From Bacilli bacterium (GTDB taxonomy: Bacteria > Bacillota_I > Bacilli_A > RFN20 > CAG-826): 24,000 bases of DNA. The notes below the pieces were generated by a model that ran no database searches, was not told where the DNA came from, and saw only the letters and a list, made by a program, of their open reading frames with translations. Below are positions 20,692-24,000 of the stretch, piece after piece; the stretch's first letter is position 1; each line of letters opens with the position of its first letter. The position numbers and the translations under genes were made by a program. The DNA is taken from assembly GCA_035270805.1 (NCBI GenBank), contig DATESM010000077.1:1-24000 (forward strand), read 5' to 3'.

Positions 20692-23145
20692 ATGCAAGAA
20701 AAAGCCGGATATGCGACAAGAAGAATTCGTAAAAGCGAAATTCTCCTTGAAGGAATCGAAAGATTTAACCCTACTCATGACCAAGGTTTATCCCTTGAGC
20801 AAGTTTTAGCACGGCAAAAAAACAAACTAACAAACAAAGCGAAAAGAACCGTCAGTAAATCAACACTTGAGATTTTAACGGCAAACCTCTTTTCGTTTTT
20901 TAACATTCTCCTCTATATCATTGCCGCGGCGATGATTTGGGTTAAAAACTATGGGGGACTTTTCTTCCTGGTGATTCTCGCCGCGAATACTCTCATTGGT
21001 CTTGTTCAAGATTTTAGAGCAAAGAAAACATTACAAGAATTAAGTATCCTGACTAGAAGCATGGTTAAAGTCGTGCGAGACGGATTTACAAGTGAGCTTG
21101 ATCGTGATGACATTGTCCTTGATGACATCGTTATCCTCAAGTTAGGCGATCAAATTCCTGCGGATGGTGTTGTCGTTTTTGGCGAGGTTAACGTCAATGA
21201 ATCACTTTTAACTGGTGAATCTGAAATCATTCGTAAAGGAGAAGGAAAGCAAGTTCTCTCCGGCTCATATGTGACAAGTGGCACTGCCTATATGCGTGTC
21301 GATAAAATTGGTAAGTTAAGTTATGCCCAAACAATCCAACTTCGCGCACAAGCGTTTAAACGGCCAAAGTCACAACTATTAAGTTCAATTAAGAGTTTAT
21401 TCAAAATCATTGGCATCATCGTCTTTGTTGTTGGGGCTTTGATGATTGTTTCTTCCATCTATCAAGAACTCGACTTATTTAATAGTGTAACGAGTATTGC
21501 TGGTTCACTAGTAGGGATGATTCCTTCGGGAATGTATCTTTTAACGAGTATGACACTTTCAGTCGGCATTGTCCGTCTTGGTAAAAAACGGACCCTCGTT
21601 CAAGAAATGTACTCGATTGAAATGCTGGCCCGTGTTGATGTGCTTTGCTTAGATAAGACCGGAACGTTGACCGACGGAACGATGAGTGTAGCCGAAATCT
21701 ACGAATTCAATCCTAATCAAGATATCGATATTGAAAACATTATCGCCAATATTGTCGCGGCAACAAAAGATGAGAATCCAACCGCAATTGCGCTTAAAGA
21801 GCACTTTAGATTCAAGCAATTTATCGATACAAGTATCGTTACACCTTTTTCAAGTGAAGATAAATATAGTGCTGTGCGCTTTAAGAATGGCGAAACCTTC
21901 TATTTGGGGGCCTCCTCTTCCTTATTAAATGAAAAAAACCGTCAAAGCATCCGTGAACTAGAATCGACCTATACGAGTCGTGGTTTAAGAGTGCTTGTGT
22001 TAACTAGAAATAAAAAGCGGGCCAAAGAGCAAGCTATCGATGAAGGATTACCCATTGCCCTGATCGCCCTTGAAGATCATATTCGCGAAGAAGCGATTCA
22101 AGCGATTAAATGGTTTGTTGATAACGGCGTTAAGATTAAAATTATCTCAGGCGATGATCCAGGAACGGTTCAAGCAGTGAGTTTACGGGCTGGTGTATTT
22201 GGGGCAGAAAACGCCATTGATCTCTCAAAATTGGATAATGATGAAGTCAAACGTGCCGCAGAAAGTTACACGGTCTTTGGTCGGGTAAAACCAAACCAAA
22301 AAGAAATATTAATTAGAAAGCTTCAAAAGTCTGGACTTGTTGTTGGGATGATTGGCGATGGTGTTAATGACGTTTTAGCGCTTAAAGCTGCGGATTGTTC
22401 AATTGCGATGGCCAATGGTAGTGGCGCTGCTCGTGGTGTCAGTAATTTAATTATTGAACAAAACTTTGACGCCTTGCCGTCTATTGTTGATGAAGGGCGA
22501 CGCGCCATTAACAACTTACAACGGACTTGGTCGCTATTCCTTGTCAAAACAACGTTTACAATCATCATGTCACTCATATTCTTGGTGGCCTCAATGCTTG
22601 CTCCTGTTGGTAACCAAGTCACTTATCCATTCGTTACACAACATCTCTATATCTGGGAATTCTTTACAATTGGCGTCGCTTCTTTCTTCTTGTCGCTGCA
22701 ACCAAATAGCACAAAGATAAAAGGAACGTTTATGAGTAACGTTGTCAAAAAAGCCTTGCCGGGCTCCATTGTCATGGTCCTTGCCGTCTTCTCCTTCTTC
22801 GTTATGCGTAATATTGAAATCATTCAACCCGGGAGTCTGCGCGTCAGTGACTATGCCGCCATTACGATGAGTGTTCTAACCATGACCTTTATTAGCTTTG
22901 TTGTTCTTTTTAGAACCAGTCTTCCCTTTGATTGGTACAGGGGAATTCTTTTTACTGTCGTATTGATTGGTGCTATCATCGCCATGTCAACAGCGGCTTA
23001 CTTCAAATGGGATTTATTCAAAATCGACTATCGCGATTTAAATGCGGTCAATATCATTGAACTTGTCGTTATCAACATCGCTGCAGTTGTATTTTATTTC
23101 ATTATTGATATTCAACTAGCGGATAAAAAGAAAAAGAAGAGGTAA
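20692..23145 (+). CDS. Cation-transporting P-type ATPase (HAD family)
   Basis: 817 aa; phosphorylation motif DKTGTLTDG (Asp codon at 21652), LLTGES, GDGVNDVLALKAADCSIAM, GDDPGTVQAVSLRAG; multiple TM helices. Substrate not assignable from sequence alone. Confidence 0.92.
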   Translation: MQEKAGYATRRIRKSEILLEGIERFNPTHDQGLSLEQVLARQKNKLTNKAKRTVSKSTLEILTANLFSFFNILLYIIAAAMIWVKNYGGLFFLVILAANTLIGLVQDFRAKKTLQELSILTRSMVKVVRDGFTSELDRDDIVLDDIVILKLGDQIPADGVVVFGEVNVNESLLTGESEIIRKGEGKQVLSGSYVTSGTAYMRVDKIGKLSYAQTIQLRAQAFKRPKSQLLSSIKSLFKIIGIIVFVVGALMIVSSIYQELDLFNSVTSIAGSLVGMIPSGMYLLTSMTLSVGIVRLGKKRTLVQEMYSIEMLARVDVLCLDKTGTLTDGTMSVAEIYEFNPNQDIDIENIIANIVAATKDENPTAIALKEHFRFKQFIDTSIVTPFSSEDKYSAVRFKNGETFYLGASSSLLNEKNRQSIRELESTYTSRGLRVLVLTRNKKRAKEQAIDEGLPIALIALEDHIREEAIQAIKWFVDNGVKIKIISGDDPGTVQAVSLRAGVFGAENAIDLSKLDNDEVKRAAESYTVFGRVKPNQKEILIRKLQKSGLVVGMIGDGVNDVLALKAADCSIAMANGSGAARGVSNLIIEQNFDALPSIVDEGRRAINNLQRTWSLFLVKTTFTIIMSLIFLVASMLAPVGNQVTYPFVTQHLYIWEFFTIGVASFFLSLQPNSTKIKGTFMSNVVKKALPGSIVMVLAVFSFFVMRNIEIIQPGSLRVSDYAAITMSVLTMTFISFVVLFRTSLPFDWYRGILFTVVLIGAIIAMSTAAYFKWDLFKIDYRDLNAVNIIELVVINIAAVVFYFIIDIQLADKKKKKR

Positions 23146-23148
23146 TCT

Positions 23149-24000
23149 ATGATCATTATTAACAAGAGAGTTCAAGACGCACTTGCCCACAACCAAGCTG
23201 TGGTTGCCCTTGAATCAACCATCATTTCTCATGGCATGCCTTATCCGACGAATGTTAAAGTTGCTCTTCAAGTTGAAGATGAAATCAATTCGCGTGGGGC
23301 AATCGCTGCGACAATAGGCATTATTGATGGCGATATTGTTATTGGGATGACAGCTGAACAGATTGAAGAATTTGGGCAACGGCAAGGGATTGTAAAAGTG
23401 TCAGGACGAGATTTGGCTTATGTCACATCTCAAGGTCTATGGGGATCAACAACAGTAGCGGCGACAATGATATGCGCTAAGATGGCAGGAATTGACGTCT
23501 TTGTCACCGGCGGCATTGGTGGCGTTCATCGTGGTGGAGAAAATAGTTTTGATATCTCCAATGATTTAGAAGAACTCAGTAAGACACGGATGATTGTTGT
23601 TTGTGCCGGGCCTAAAGCGATTTTGGATGTTGATAAAACGATTGAGTATTTAGAAACACAAGGGGTGCCGCTTGTTGGCTATCAAACGAACAAGTTACCA
23701 CTTTTTTATACACGGACTAGCCGGATTGATGTGCCTATTCGATTAGATACACCAAAGGAAATTGCGCGACTTTTTGTCTGCCAATCGGAAATGCAGTTAA
23801 GACAATCTGTACTCGTCACTAACCCACTACCGGAAGATGATAGTATTGATGCAGATATAATGGAAGAATGGATTAAACAAGCCCTCGCTGAAGCGAAAGT
23901 TCAAGGGATTAAAGGCAAGGAAGAAACACCTTTCCTGCTTAAAAAGATTGTTGAACTATCGGGTGGAGATTCACTCGAGGCTAATACACAACTCATTCTT
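23149..24000 (+). CDS. psuG: Pseudouridine-5'-phosphate glycosidase (3'-truncated by window edge)
   Basis: Manual translation: MIIINKRVQDALAHNQAVVALESTIISHGMPYPTN..., VSGRDLAYVTSQGLWGSTTVAATMICAKMAGIDVFVTGGIGGVHRGGENSFDISNDLEEL..., a PsuG family signature. Confidence 0.95.
   Translation, partial: MIIINKRVQDALAHNQAVVALESTIISHGMPYPTNVKVALQVEDEINSRGAIAATIGIIDGDIVIGMTAEQIEEFGQRQGIVKVSGRDLAYVTSQGLWGSTTVAATMICAKMAGIDVFVTGGIGGVHRGGENSFDISNDLEELSKTRMIVVCAGPKAILDVDKTIEYLETQGVPLVGYQTNKLPLFYTRTSRIDVPIRLDTPKEIARLFVCQSEMQLRQSVLVTNPLPEDDSIDADIMEEWIKQALAEAKVQGIKGKEETPFLLKKIVELSGGDSLEANTQLIL

Overview
This window looks like an ordinary bacterial chromosomal replication-origin region, of Bacillota/Tenericutes type by gene content. 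It contains no evident mobile element, CRISPR array, phage or defence island. Left of about 6.8 kb, genes run leftward: rpmH, rnpA, yidC (N-terminally extended lipoprotein form), khpB/jag, mnmE, tatD, rnmV, rsmA, glmU (partial). Right of about 7.2 kb, genes run rightward: dnaA, dnaN, rlbA/yaaA-like S4 protein, recF, gyrB, gyrA, T-box-serS, SRP RNA, tadA, a fused ATPase/FtsX-type ABC transporter, a P-type ATPase and psuG (partial). The strand switch at 6783-7235 carries a DnaA-box cluster. The dnaA-dnaN gap carries a second DnaA-box element followed by six DnaA-trio-like triplets, consistent with a bipartite origin. I found no convincing new system. The best second-look items are: (1) the origin architecture; (2) non-acidic residues at both GyrA position 87 and GyrB position 426 (E. 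coli numbering), which are quinolone-associated; (3) the SRP RNA displaced upstream of tadA, with its T-tract against the tadA start codon; (4) an SD-hairpin-AUG leader on glmU; (5) palindromes upstream of the P-type ATPase and the ABC transporter; (6) an atypical TM4 motif in the P-type ATPase; (7) an extended YidC; (8) a T-arm-like hairpin upstream of rnpA. All family assignments come from reading motifs in the sequence. No database search was run.
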